Under the pieces are notes generated by a model, which was not told where the DNA came from, did not search any database, and saw nothing but the letters and a program-made list of their open reading frames with translations. A DNA stretch of 64,000 bases, taken from Nitrosopumilus sp. (GTDB lineage Archaea > Thermoproteota > Nitrososphaeria > Nitrososphaerales > Nitrosopumilaceae). A program made the position numbers and the translations under genes. Shown here one piece after another: positions 10,619 through 21,261 of the stretch; position 1 is the stretch's first letter; every line of letters begins with the position of its first letter. The stretch covers positions 512,001-576,000 of the forward strand of contig OZ242186.1 of NCBI GenBank assembly GCA_965205675.1, read 5' to 3'.

Positions 10619-12091
10619 TTGAAACAATTTTTCCTATTTTCAATTATTCCTTTATTATTTTTAGCATTGTTAATGCCTTCAATTGCATATGCACAAATTG
10701 AAGCTGGTGGTGTTGACAAGGAAGGTTCGTGGTTTGCAGGTGAAGGTCTCAAAAAAGGTGACTATTTTTCTTATTCAATGTGCCATGTAGATTACAAAGA
10801 ATGTGTTGAATTTGGAATGGATTTTTGGATAAAAGGGGACAAACAAGTTGGTTCTGAAAATAAATGGTTAGCAGAAGTTGTTGTTTATGATGGTAACAAA
10901 GTTATCAAAGGTGAGATGGAGCTAGGCAAAATTGCTCCTGAACCAACTGGTGGCAGTGAATTTCTGGGAGTGTATAGAGGCGCATTCAAATCTTCAATAG
11001 CATGGTTATCTGCTTTTGCAACTTCTGATGGAAGTTCTGGTGGCAAAGGTCCAAAGGACTTTTCTGCAGCATCTTGGGGAAAAATTGGTAATATTGGTGG
11101 TCAACAAGTAGTCCCGGTTATGATTGAAACTGTCACGGTTCCGGCTGGTACTTGGGAAACTGTTCAAGTGGGATGGAAGACTGGTGGTGCTATAAGCAAA
11201 GTTTGGATAGTTGATGATTTTCCATTTCCAGTAAAGGCACAAACATTCACACATGTTTCTGAAGGAATTCCTCCTCCAGAGTATGTTTTTTCATTATTAG
11301 AATATAAAGAAAATGTTTTACAGACTCCATTTGCAGATATTCCTGACTATGAAAATTTTTTTACAGAAGGTTGTAATTCAGGTATAGAAAAAGAAGTCAC
11401 AATAAAAAAACCTACAAATGATTTTGATTATCAACTTCATGTATTTTATGGTCCTGAAGACCCTGTTCAAGGTTGTGAAATAAAATTTTTAATTAAATTT
11501 CTTAATAAATTTGACGACACTGAATTTTTGAACCAAGTTCAATATGATCTTCTTGTTGTAGATGATGATCTAAAACCATTAAGATCAATTGCGCAAGAAG
11601 AAGGTAGGAATTTCCTTTATTCCCCATCAGGACAAGCTCTACTAGACATAACTGTTAAAGAAGAACCTGGTATTGCAAACTATGTAGTTTGGATTTATGG
11701 TCTATCTCCTGAATACATAGTTCCACCATCTGCATCTGATTATCTAAAAATCCCTGTTGAAATATTTGCCAGCGATGATTCAATATCTCCAGTTACAATC
11801 CCCGATCCCGTTACTACACAAGAAATTCCCTCTTGGATTAAGAGTAATGCAGGATGGTGGGCTGAAGGTGCAATAGATGATGATTCCTTTGTACAGGGCA
11901 TTCAATTTTTAATTAAAGAAGGAGTGATGAAAATCCCTCCTACTTCTCAAGGCACTTTTACTAGTAATGAAATTCCCTCTTGGATTAAGAGTAATGCAGG
12001 ATGGTGGGCTGAAGGTGCAATAGATGATGATTCCTTTGTACAGGGCATTCAATTTTTAATTAAAGAAGGTATTTTGAGTATAAGTTCCTAG
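10619..12091 (+). CDS. Secreted thaumarchaeal protein with two C-terminal IPSWIKSNAGWWA repeats
   Basis: Signal peptide; duplicated C-terminal domain typical of Nitrosopumilaceae surface proteins. Confidence 0.8.
   Translation: MKQFFLFSIIPLLFLALLMPSIAYAQIEAGGVDKEGSWFAGEGLKKGDYFSYSMCHVDYKECVEFGMDFWIKGDKQVGSENKWLAEVVVYDGNKVIKGEMELGKIAPEPTGGSEFLGVYRGAFKSSIAWLSAFATSDGSSGGKGPKDFSAASWGKIGNIGGQQVVPVMIETVTVPAGTWETVQVGWKTGGAISKVWIVDDFPFPVKAQTFTHVSEGIPPPEYVFSLLEYKENVLQTPFADIPDYENFFTEGCNSGIEKEVTIKKPTNDFDYQLHVFYGPEDPVQGCEIKFLIKFLNKFDDTEFLNQVQYDLLVVDDDLKPLRSIAQEEGRNFLYSPSGQALLDITVKEEPGIANYVVWIYGLSPEYIVPPSASDYLKIPVEIFASDDSISPVTIPDPVTTQEIPSWIKSNAGWWAEGAIDDDSFVQGIQFLIKEGVMKIPPTSQGTFTSNEIPSWIKSNAGWWAEGAIDDDSFVQGIQFLIKEGILSISS
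11822..12069 (+). repeat. Intragenic perfect 101-bp direct repeat (11822-11922 / 11969-12069)
   Basis: Both copies read identical by eye; period 147 bp = 49 codons. Confidence 0.9.
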
Positions 12092-12139
12092 TTTGTCTAC
12101 ATTCAAATTGTGATTATCTCTTGAAAATTTTGAAGTAAT

Positions 12140-12499
12140 ATGGTGGGTCTTTTCAATCATCCTAAACGTCGTATTAAGAAACTGCTTAAAGATGGTGAAT
12201 ATGATGAAGCTATATCATATGGAAAAAGTTTAGAATCTGAATATTTTGACGATCATGATTTTATGTTTATTTTAGGTAGTGCTTTTTTTATTGTAGATGA
12301 TGCAAAAAATGCATTACCTTATTTTGAAAAAGCATTCAGATTAGATAATGAAGATGTAGAAACTTTGACTCTAAAAACTAACGTTCATCTGGCATTAAAC
12401 CAAAAAGATGAGGCTATTGCTTGTTGCAAGTACATAATCAAACTTCAGCCAAAAAATACTGAAGCTTACACGCTACTTCAAGAACTTGAACGTATTTAG
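12140..12499 (+). CDS. TPR-repeat protein
   Basis: TPR-like helices (LG.A....D...A..YFEKA; EA..C....I.LQP). Confidence 0.75.
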   Translation: MVGLFNHPKRRIKKLLKDGEYDEAISYGKSLESEYFDDHDFMFILGSAFFIVDDAKNALPYFEKAFRLDNEDVETLTLKTNVHLALNQKDEAIACCKYIIKLQPKNTEAYTLLQELERI

Positions 12500-12510
12500 T
12501 TTAGATGTTA

Positions 12511-12987
12511 TTATTTCTTTTTCATTTCATAAGCATTTTCTAGTAACCAATTACAAAATGCTGTGACTTTGTCATCAAAGTCAGTCCATATGTGTACTGA
12601 ATGTGGTAAAATATCTATTTTCCAATCATCTGTAAACACTCTGACTCCTTCTTTATTTTCATACATGTATGCATCTTCTGTTTTAACATTTCCTAACATT
12701 TCAATTGCTTTTTGTTTGATGATCTCTCTATCTATTGGAAATCTTTTTTTGTCATAATCTACAATTAAACTCAAATCTCTTTTACCATATTTTTCAAATT
12801 CATCAATTTTACCTTGCTTTGGAAAATTTACAATTAGTTTGATGTTGTATTTTTTTCCAACTTCTTTACCTATTTCGACAATCCGTGTATATGCCATTGC
12901 AGGATTTTTCTTTAAAAGGAATCTAATCTGTGCTAGATCTTTCTTTAACTGAGATTGTAAATCCGTGATAACCTCTGAAAATATCAT
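12511..12987 (-). CDS. Hypothetical protein
   Basis: 158-aa ORF with ATG start and upstream TATA-like sequence. Confidence 0.7.
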   Translation of the reverse strand: MIFSEVITDLQSQLKKDLAQIRFLLKKNPAMAYTRIVEIGKEVGKKYNIKLIVNFPKQGKIDEFEKYGKRDLSLIVDYDKKRFPIDREIIKQKAIEMLGNVKTEDAYMYENKEGVRVFTDDWKIDILPHSVHIWTDFDDKVTAFCNWLLENAYEMKKK

Positions 12988-13034
12988 ATTCTCCTCTCAG
13001 GAATTCCTATTATAACCATTAATTTCTATCAAGA

Positions 13035-13712
13035 TTGGTTTTTTTAGAACTTGATATATTTGAGAATATGGCAATGCCTATGGATTATGATGGAATGAGA
13101 ACTGATGATGCCTCCCTAAGAACTGACAATGTTGATGACTACAAACGAACTTGTATTGATTTTATTGAAGATATTTCTCATGACTATGAGGCTTGGGTTG
13201 ATTACTACAAGCTACCTGAAGATGAAGATAAAAGAAGACGTGCAGGTATTTGTGCCACTATTATTAGAACCAATGATTGGATAGCCAAGGTTGCACAATC
13301 TATCAAGGCAGTTGATGTAGTTATGAATGACGGAATTCAGAAAATGGCAGAAGCTACTGCAGGTAAACCTCTTCAAATTGGTGTCTTTGTTAATCATAAA
13401 TCTGGTTATGCTGAAACCAATCCTGGAATTATTGATGTGAATGTAAAAGGAGTTGGAAGGAAAGGACGAAAGATAAAGCTTGGTTTTCATTTTAAAGATG
13501 ATCGATTTAGAATTGAATCTACATGTGATGCTTATCTATCTGAAGAAAATTTGCCTACGCAAGAGTCTGAAAACTTGGATATTCATCTTAAACTTTATGC
13601 AGAATATGCAAAACCTCGTGATATAATATCATTCACTGTGACTCTTAGTGAAATTGAAAATGATGTTGAGTTTGATAGACGAGGAGTTTCAACTATTATT
13701 CACTTGGTCTAG
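13035..13712 (+). CDS. Hypothetical protein (true start probably ATG 13068)
   Basis: Long ORF with typical composition. Confidence 0.7.
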   Translation: MVFLELDIFENMAMPMDYDGMRTDDASLRTDNVDDYKRTCIDFIEDISHDYEAWVDYYKLPEDEDKRRRAGICATIIRTNDWIAKVAQSIKAVDVVMNDGIQKMAEATAGKPLQIGVFVNHKSGYAETNPGIIDVNVKGVGRKGRKIKLGFHFKDDRFRIESTCDAYLSEENLPTQESENLDIHLKLYAEYAKPRDIISFTVTLSEIENDVEFDRRGVSTIIHLV

Positions 13713-15924
13713 ATTCAGGAATCATTCCTTCATCTATATAATCTATAAATTTTCCAGTGCTTCCAAGTTTTATCGAATTAATTTTTTGTAAATTATCCAA
13801 AGAATTCATCTTCAAATATTTTTCAGATACTGTATACAAGACATCATCAATATAGAATGTTCTTGCATTACTCATTCCGTAGTAACGTGAATCCTCAAGT
13901 GAATGAGTTATAGTTCCTTTAAGATTGAATCCTAAATTATCTAAATCAAATACATAGAATCCACTCCAGCGATTATAATCTTCTGCAATCATCTTGGAAC
14001 TTGAAATTTCATTAAGAATCTCACTATCCTGACTAATTGGAACTGATAACACTCCACTTTTTTTATCAAAGAAGAATGCTTTGTGGTTACGTGTTGCTTC
14101 TGAATAAGTTGAACTATCTCCAATTATGATGTCATCTGCAACTTTGGGGTTATTTACATCTGCTACATTAAACAAGGCAATTTTGATTCCTAATTGCTGA
14201 ACTCTACCATTTTCAATTTCTTTTGTATCTCTTCCAAATCCAATTACGTGTTCTTCATCATATGGATGCAAATAATTTGAAAACCCTGGAATTTTTAATT
14301 CTCCTAGAATTTTTGGTTTATCTGAAGACAAATCGATCACAAAGAAAGGATCAACTTGTTGGAATGTAACCAAGTATAGCCTATCTCCCATGAATCGTGC
14401 TGAGAAGATACTCTCATCTGGAGCAATCTCTTCTAATTCTCCTACAATGTTTAGTTGTTCGTCTAAAACATAGACTGCATTTGAACGGACTGTCCCTTGA
14501 TGTTGAATGTAGTATTCTGTAGTTGTAGCTACTCTAAATCTATCTCCGCTTTCATCCATGGAGAATTGATTTAGTAATCTGCCTGGAACTGAACCTTTAG
14601 CGACATAGTCAATTTTATCCTCATCAATTGAAATTTTATGAATTATTGTTTTTCTGGTATCTTCCTGGTTTTTCATATCGTATTCATTTAGTGCTTCTTT
14701 GATTTTTTCAAATAATTTTTCTTTGTCGTTTTTGTCCATCTGATTGTATGCCTTTTGCATCAATTCTGAAATCTTTATCCATTGCGATGTGAGACTCGTT
14801 GAAGAATCTTTTCGAATTTCTTTAATCTGTTCTTGAATGTTATTTGGCAGTAATGGTACTACAACATCAAAGAATCTGTCTTTTGATGAATTTTCATAAA
14901 ATTCAAATGGCGTATTTTGTCGGTATGTAAGATAAAAATTATCTTCAGATACATAGAATGTACCAGAGTATCCCATTAGAAATGACTCTGAATTTATTGT
15001 ATCTCCAAAAATATCAATTGCAGTTAGTGTGTTAAAGTTTGAAAACTGTTCTAAATTATCAAAGTAAAATGCATCTGGCGTCATAATTCTTACTGAATTT
15101 TCCATTATCACTGGAAGTCTTGGATATTGATAATCCACATTACTATTTGTTACAAAGTATGCATAATTCCCAATCATTCGTGCGTCCATGAAACGACCGT
15201 CTATGGAATAATCTTTTAGAATTGTAGGGCGTTCCTTATCTGATACATCTACAATTAACGCATGTGTGACTGGACTATATGATCGTCGTGGAACAAAGTC
15301 GTACTGTGGAATTATTTCATCATCGCTTTGCCCATTGTAAAATATCACTAGTCTGTCATCATTTAGAAACATGTTCCGAATGTATTGTGACTCTATGTCT
15401 AATGCGATCTTTAAAACCAATTCTGCTTCTTCTGCAGGATATGCGTCAATAATTGAGAGTGTATTTTCTGATACAATGTAAACATATTCTGAATCATTTT
15501 TGAGATAATCTGGCTCATCTACATTTTTAACTTGAACATTTGTAGTTGAATAGTCAGATCCTCCTGATTCTAATTTAGCATCATTAAGTATGGGTGCTGA
15601 TATTGTTGTTGCCATGTCCACTGAAACCTCTTCAGAAAATGCAAAACGTGCTGTTTTGCTGTTTATGCCTTGTAGGTTATAGAAATTTTCTCCAAATAAT
15701 GATGAAGTTTCAAGTATATTTTTTAGTTCTTCTTGTGATGCTATTTTTTTAACATTATTAGTTCCTTTGAAAAATTCTGAATTTGTTTTATCTACATAGA
15801 CAGTTTCAGTTGTAGGATGTTGTACAATTTGTGGTTGATCGTACCCCTCAAATGAAAGCATTATTCCTACTGTGACCATAACTGAAATGGCGATTACTAT
15901 TGGTATTGTTATTTTTGAATTCAT
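13696..15924 (-). CDS. Secreted beta-propeller domain protein
   Basis: Signal/TM; YSTTNVQVKNVDEPD, LLNQFSMDE, IFSARFMGD, DPFFVIDL, GELKIPGFSNYLHP motifs. Confidence 0.85.
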   Translation of the reverse strand: MNSKITIPIVIAISVMVTVGIMLSFEGYDQPQIVQHPTTETVYVDKTNSEFFKGTNNVKKIASQEELKNILETSSLFGENFYNLQGINSKTARFAFSEEVSVDMATTISAPILNDAKLESGGSDYSTTNVQVKNVDEPDYLKNDSEYVYIVSENTLSIIDAYPAEEAELVLKIALDIESQYIRNMFLNDDRLVIFYNGQSDDEIIPQYDFVPRRSYSPVTHALIVDVSDKERPTILKDYSIDGRFMDARMIGNYAYFVTNSNVDYQYPRLPVIMENSVRIMTPDAFYFDNLEQFSNFNTLTAIDIFGDTINSESFLMGYSGTFYVSEDNFYLTYRQNTPFEFYENSSKDRFFDVVVPLLPNNIQEQIKEIRKDSSTSLTSQWIKISELMQKAYNQMDKNDKEKLFEKIKEALNEYDMKNQEDTRKTIIHKISIDEDKIDYVAKGSVPGRLLNQFSMDESGDRFRVATTTEYYIQHQGTVRSNAVYVLDEQLNIVGELEEIAPDESIFSARFMGDRLYLVTFQQVDPFFVIDLSSDKPKILGELKIPGFSNYLHPYDEEHVIGFGRDTKEIENGRVQQLGIKIALFNVADVNNPKVADDIIIGDSSTYSEATRNHKAFFFDKKSGVLSVPISQDSEILNEISSSKMIAEDYNRWSGFYVFDLDNLGFNLKGTITHSLEDSRYYGMSNARTFYIDDVLYTVSEKYLKMNSLDNLQKINSIKLGSTGKFIDYIDEGMIPESRPSE

Positions 15925-16017
15925 ATTTCTCTTTTATCTTTTCCCAGAAATTCATTTTTTGAAAACTAGCATTTAATGATTACTATTACTTTGTAGTTTT
16001 ATCTTTTCTGGACACTA

Positions 16018-16133
16018 TTCTATTATTCTGAAATTAGTTTACGCCATCATTTCCAGATTAAAGTCAAGATACGTTTGGAAAAGAGGAGAGAATCCTAGAA
16101 TTATGCAAAAGCTAATCCCAATCCAAATATCAT
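16018..16133 (+). repeat. Dispersed intergenic repeat, copy 1 of 3 (invariant core 16049-16080)
   Basis: Core ATTTCCAGATTAAAGTCAAGATACGTTTGGAA also at 19275-19306 (+) and 49058-49089 (-). Confidence 0.9.
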
Positions 16134-16158
16134 AGATGCCACAAATTTTAGGCAAAGA

Positions 16159-16806
16159 TTACCATGTAACATGCACCAAATCTTTGAGATTTCGTCTCGG
16201 TTTAGGGAATTTTGTTTGTTCTGGATAGCCAATACAGAGTATGGATGAGGGGACTAAATCCGTGGTAATTACATCCATTACTTTTTGTTCATCAAACATT
16301 CCAATCCAAATCGAACTTAATCCCAGAGCCTGAGCTGCCAGCTGTGAATATCCTGCTGCAAGAGTAGCATCCTGAATTGCGAATTTTTTAAGTATGTAAT
16401 CAGAAAAATTAAATTTGACTCTAGAAGGGTTTTTACAAAAAACAAGTACGACGGGAGCATCAACATAGGATTGTTTGTTACAAGCTTCAACTAGAAGTTT
16501 TTTCTTTTCAGGACTTTTGATATAAAAAATTTCAAAGCCTTGAAAGTTGCCAGCAGTAGGAGCAGTGTCAGCTGCTGCAATTATTTTATCTATTTTAGTA
16601 GTTTCAACAGGCTTATCAGAAAATTTTCTAGTAGAACGTCTCTTTGCCATTACTGCAAACAAGTCAGTATCAACAATCTCCGTGGGACCTGATTTTAAGA
16701 TAAAATCAAGTAATTGATTTCGGACATCATTATCCGCAGTAGCAGGAGTTTCTTGAGGTTCATAGCCTAAAGGATAAATTTTCTCCCCTTCATTTTCAGA
16801 GACCAT
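16159..16806 (-). CDS. Nitroreductase family protein
   Basis: KRRSTRKF, APTAGNFQ, LGLSSIWIG, LCIGYP. Confidence 0.88.
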   Translation of the reverse strand: MVSENEGEKIYPLGYEPQETPATADNDVRNQLLDFILKSGPTEIVDTDLFAVMAKRRSTRKFSDKPVETTKIDKIIAAADTAPTAGNFQGFEIFYIKSPEKKKLLVEACNKQSYVDAPVVLVFCKNPSRVKFNFSDYILKKFAIQDATLAAGYSQLAAQALGLSSIWIGMFDEQKVMDVITTDLVPSSILCIGYPEQTKFPKPRRNLKDLVHVTW

Positions 16807-16870
16807 AAGAAATTACAGGAAATAACCTATTAAAGAATTGTAAAAATATCCCACGAGACATCAAGAATAG

Positions 16871-17068
16871 TTATTCTGGTTCAAATTTGTCACAGCCAGA
16901 AGTACAAGGTTTATTCATCACACCCTCACATGTACCTATTTCATTATGCATTATTCGATGATGACCACAAATTTTACATTTTTCTCTAAAATAAGAAATC
17001 AAATCAGCTGTTGAAATATCCGAATTTTGAATTTTTGATTCAATTTCTTGAGTCATGATGACTTTCAT
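16871..17068 (-). CDS. Small Cys/His-rich putative zinc-binding protein
   Basis: CKICGHHRIMH...C...C...C; start may be 17053. Confidence 0.55.
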   Translation of the reverse strand: MKVIMTQEIESKIQNSDISTADLISYFREKCKICGHHRIMHNEIGTCEGVMNKPCTSGCDKFEPE

Positions 17069-17281
17069 TAATCAAGTTAGTTTAAACATTTTGAATAATG
17101 TATAATACAACAAACGATAAGATTAGAGCATTGAAAATAATAAAATGGATTAACAAAATGAGTCATCGTAAATTTTATCTCATATTTGGACCGTCATGTA
17201 TTATTGCATTTTATCTATTATTCACAAATTGTTATCAATTATACGGCGAACATTGTTTTTACATTCCATAAAATGACAAAG

Positions 17282-17363
17282 CGCCGAGAGAGGGATTCGA
17301 ACCCCCGTACGCTTGCGCGTAGCCGTTTTCGAGACGGCCGCCGTACTACTTGGCTATCTCGGC
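17282..17363 (-). tRNA. tRNA-Ser (CGA)
   Basis: Cloverleaf GCCGAGA/TCTCGGC, anticodon arm GCCGT-CTCGAAA-ACGGC, long variable arm, TTCGAAT T-loop, G73. Confidence 0.93.
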
Positions 17364-17406
17364 ATCTACTCTGACATATTCTCCATAATAAAGCGAGTTG
17401 GTATGT

Positions 17407-17673
17407 TCAAATTTTATCAATATCAAATAATTCATCTTTGAATTTCTTTTTGATTTGATCTTTGGTTCTAGTCCATTCCTCATCAGTAACCATATCAGTA
17501 AAAATCGAATGAAATCCATCAAAAGTAGAATCATTCAATACTGAAATAATTTCTTGTTTTTCAAATTCTGTAAGAGGGAAATAAGAAATAATTTTTAAAA
17601 TGGAACCATCAGTTCCGTGACGAATTTCAAATATTTTATCCTGTAAAGACCAATGGAATTTTTGTGTAGGCAT
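17407..17673 (-). CDS. Hypothetical protein
   Basis: 88-aa ORF with ATG start. Confidence 0.6.
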   Translation of the reverse strand: MPTQKFHWSLQDKIFEIRHGTDGSILKIISYFPLTEFEKQEIISVLNDSTFDGFHSIFTDMVTDEEWTRTKDQIKKKFKDELFDIDKI

Positions 17674-17784
17674 ACTAACTTTGAGTCTATTTACATATTA
17701 AAATTGATTTTTAAAAAATACAATTTAAATGCCGATCAAAAATAAAGGATAAACACAAAATACCTGAAAAGAATAGAAGACATT

Positions 17785-18804
17785 ATGGGATTAAATCTAA
17801 AAGAGATAGTAGTAAGAGAGAAAACAACTCTAGAGACATTTTCAAACAAGGTGGTTGCAATAGATGCATATAATGCAATTTATCAATTTTTGGCAAGTAT
17901 TAGAGGGCCCGATGGATTACAATTAACAGATTCAGAAGGGAGAATTACTAGTCATCTTAGCGGATTACTCTACAGAAATGTGAATTTTCTCTCATTAGGA
18001 ATTAAACCCGTTTATGTTTTTGATGGCAAACCTCCGTCATTGAAAATAGCAGAAATTGAACGCAGAAAACAAATCAAAAAAGATGCCACTATAAAATATG
18101 AAAAAGCAATTGCGGAGGGAAATATGGAAGATGCTAAAAAATATGCTCAACAAACAACTAGTATGAAAGATGGGATGGTCAAAGAATCAAAACAATTTCT
18201 CACATTATTTGGAATTCCATATGTTGAAGCACCGTCAGAAGGAGAAGCAACTGCAGCACATCTAACAAACACAGGACAAGCATATGCTTCAGCAAGCCAA
18301 GATTATGACTCCATATTATGTGGAGCAAAGAAACTAGTTAGGAATTTTACAAGTAGTGGAAGAAGAAAAATCCCAAATAAGAATACATACATTGATGTAG
18401 TTCCAGAAATTATCGAAACTCAAAAAACATTAGAATCAATTCAAATGACAAGAGAAGAATTAATTGATGTGGGAATCTTAATCGGCACTGATTTTAACCC
18501 AAATGGCTTTGAAAGAATCGGCCCAAAAACTGCAATGAAATTAATTAAACAACACTCAAGATTAGAAGATATCCCACAAATTCAGGAACAATTAGAAGAG
18601 ATAGATTTTCAACAAATAAGACAAATATTTCTAACTCCAAAAGTTGCAGATGTAGATGAAATTGTATTCACTAAAGTAGATGATGAAGGAATCATGACTT
18701 ATCTTAAAGAAAGAAGTTTTTCAGAAGACAGAATTCAATCAACATTAAACAGATTGAAAAAAGCATTAGAGAAAAAGAGTCAAAATCTCGATCAATGGTT
18801 TTAG
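17785..18804 (+). CDS. fen: Flap endonuclease 1
   Basis: [41 protein letters not shown]; C-terminal PIP box QNLDQWF. Confidence 0.96.
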   Translation: MGLNLKEIVVREKTTLETFSNKVVAIDAYNAIYQFLASIRGPDGLQLTDSEGRITSHLSGLLYRNVNFLSLGIKPVYVFDGKPPSLKIAEIERRKQIKKDATIKYEKAIAEGNMEDAKKYAQQTTSMKDGMVKESKQFLTLFGIPYVEAPSEGEATAAHLTNTGQAYASASQDYDSILCGAKKLVRNFTSSGRRKIPNKNTYIDVVPEIIETQKTLESIQMTREELIDVGILIGTDFNPNGFERIGPKTAMKLIKQHSRLEDIPQIQEQLEEIDFQQIRQIFLTPKVADVDEIVFTKVDDEGIMTYLKERSFSEDRIQSTLNRLKKALEKKSQNLDQWF

Positions 18805-19243
18805 CTAACAAATTTATCTTTCATACTTTAGTTCTTGACTAATTTTGGGATCCAGCAATATTATAAAATTCTAAAAAAATTTAATTAAAAAAAATGATAT
18901 GAAAATTAGATTACAGTAGGCAAATATCTATCCGTGACTTGATCAAAGTGCACTCTAAGGTTGGATCGATAAGTAAATTTGGAGAGAGATAAATGATATT
19001 TTGAGATCTTACAAGTTTGCGTGGATGTCTAATGGTAAGAATACTGTTAGTTGAGGATGAATTCATAATCTTTTCTTATTTTACAATAACACCATAATTT
19101 ATGAAAGAGAAGATCATTGACAAACATCTATATCTAATATTGAAGAAAGATTTGATGAACTAGTACTTTATTTTGAATTTAAAAAATCCTTTAAGAGTAA
19201 CGGTATTTAATTTGAAGACAACTGTTTTTTTAATCAACATTCT

Positions 19244-19357
19244 TTCTATTATCCTCAAATTAGTCCATTCAATTATTTCCAGATTAAAGTCAAGATACGT
19301 TTGGAAAAGAGGAAAGAACTCCAGTCATGCAAAAGCTAATTCTAATCCAAATATCAT
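19244..19357 (+). repeat. Dispersed intergenic repeat, copy 2 of 3 (core 19275-19306)
   Basis: Aligns by eye with 16018-16133 and with the reverse complement of 49007-49120. Confidence 0.9.
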
Positions 19358-19369
19358 GGATAATCAAAT

Positions 19370-19935
19370 CAAAGGAGAGGATATGGGAGGACATATTCTA
19401 ACTACATGTGTGGCACAGGGACTGGAAATTATTAGATGATGACAAGGTGGTTTTTGTGTTATCATGATGTGCATCAAGATTTATTATTCATCATGGAATA
19501 TTTGCAGAGACAATAACAGAGTGTCACAGTTTTGAGCAGTCATAAAGTATGGCAAACCTACATCTATCTTAACTGATCAGGATTTCCCAGTTTTATGCAA
19601 ACCAATCAGAATACAAAAGAAAAGAAATATTCCAGTTTGAGCAGGAACTGGTAAAATTGGAGATAAAACAATCCTTGCAAGAGTAAATCTCCCTTGAAAC
19701 AAATGGAAAACTGGTGTGATTCTACGGTGAGATTCAGAGAAAGCAAAAATGGTCTGACACCCTAGGTGAGTTGGTTCACTGATACAACTACATAAATCCA
19801 CACATGTTCCTTGACTGGGAATAATCTGGAGATGCCTGTAAAGGCATATGTGAGAACGATGTCCGAGAAAGGAACAAGAATTATGGATGAACAAACAGGA
19901 AAGGAATATGGTATAGGATGGGGAAGAATTAATTT
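19370..19935 (+). pseudogene. Decayed IS481-like (rve/DDE) transposase
   Basis: Frameshifted fragments MWHRDWK, WFLCYHD, KYGKPTSILTD, FEQELVKLEIK...ARV, NGKL; boundaries approximate. Confidence 0.7.
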
Positions 19936-20007
19936 TGGGATGCCGCACAAGTGAGAATCATCGCATATATTTAAAAGGCAATAACTCAATATACATTGAA
20001 TAGTATA

Positions 20008-20283
20008 ATGGATTTGCAAAACATGAGAGATGAGATTGATGATATCAATGAAGAGATAATTTCTTCAATCACAAAAAGAATCAACATTGCAAAAAAAATT
20101 GCCCATTACAAACAAGAGAATGAGATTCCTATAATAGACAAACAAAGAGAGGACTGTATCATATCCTTTTTTGAAAAAGAATTTATCAATCGTGGGATGA
20201 AATTAGAAACGGGAAGAATACTGGCAAGAGCTCTCATAGATGCTGCCATTGAAGAGGAAAGGCATCTTATCAATAGAAAATGA
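20008..20283 (+). CDS. Stand-alone chorismate mutase (AroQ/type II)
   Basis: LQNMRDEIDDINEEI...R...A..IA.YK...IPI.DKQRE pattern. Confidence 0.8.
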   Translation: MDLQNMRDEIDDINEEIISSITKRINIAKKIAHYKQENEIPIIDKQREDCIISFFEKEFINRGMKLETGRILARALIDAAIEEERHLINRK

Positions 20284-20369
20284 TTCTAGAAATACAAAAA
20301 TGACTCAGAAACTTCTACAAGAAAACCCCAAACCATACATTTATGAATAATTATACAAAAAACTAGACA

Positions 20370-21188
20370 GTGGAAAAGATAAAAGAAAATCCTATCACAT
20401 ATTCGCTAAAAGAGGTTCCAATAGATGCAGTAACAGTATGGGAGGAGGCTCAAGCAAGAACCCTGAATTACACTGACATTGACTCTCTTGCACGCTCAAT
20501 CAAAGAGGAAGGATTACAAAATCCTCCAATGGTACAAAGAGATGGTACAAACTCTTATCTCTTAATGTCCGGACAGAGAAGGCTTGCAGCATTAAAGAAA
20601 CTTGGCTCCAAAACTATTCCAGTGCTTGTACTCTCCAAGAACAGCTCTTGTGATATAGAGGATGCAAAGGCAGCATCCATCATCGAGAACATTCACAGAC
20701 AGGACATGAGTACATCTGAGATGATATCCTCATGTCAGTTCCTAGTACAAAAGATGGGAAAGTCAGAGACTGCCAAAATGCTGGGAATACAACGACAGAC
20801 ACTAAACGAGTATCTCGGATTTGGCGCAGTGCCTGAGAGTGTCAAAGAGATGGTGCCAAAAGTACTATCCAAAAGAGATGCAATTAAAATCTGTAAAATT
20901 ATTACCACGTCCTCAAAAGCAGTTGAGATTATTAACAGTATCTCAAAGTATGACCGTTCTCAAAAGAAAAGATATCTTGATGCGCTCCAATCACTTGGCA
21001 ATACTGCAACACATTCAGAGATTCTAAAGTTGGCAAATTCTTTTAGAGCACGACAGAATCTATCTGTGAAACTATCAAAGAGCCATGCTCGGGGACTATC
21101 CAAAATATCCAAAGAGAACAACCTAGAACCTGCAGAATTTGCACAGAAAATAGTTGCAGATTATTTGAGTAGAAAGGGTTTCAAATAA
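20370..21188 (+). CDS. ParB/Spo0J-like protein with HTH and C-terminal RHH-like region
   Basis: LARSIKEEGLQNPP, SGQRRLAA, IENIHRQD. Confidence 0.85.
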   Translation: MEKIKENPITYSLKEVPIDAVTVWEEAQARTLNYTDIDSLARSIKEEGLQNPPMVQRDGTNSYLLMSGQRRLAALKKLGSKTIPVLVLSKNSSCDIEDAKAASIIENIHRQDMSTSEMISSCQFLVQKMGKSETAKMLGIQRQTLNEYLGFGAVPESVKEMVPKVLSKRDAIKICKIITTSSKAVEIINSISKYDRSQKKRYLDALQSLGNTATHSEILKLANSFRARQNLSVKLSKSHARGLSKISKENNLEPAEFAQKIVADYLSRKGFK

Positions 21189-21261
21189 TGATCTTGTATT
21201 TTAAAATATTTCAAACCCAGTTTTAAAACTCTTAATATTATACTCAGAGAAAAATGCACAA

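Noticed and set aside
17186-17374. ORFs overlapping tRNA genes (also 51286-51474)
   Set aside because: They span tRNA-Ser and tRNA-Thr; spurious.
19173-19439. ORFs 19173-19439 and 48952-49179 sharing ISRLKSRYVWKR
   Set aside because: The similarity is confined to the DNA repeat and their ends are unrelated; likely incidental translations.
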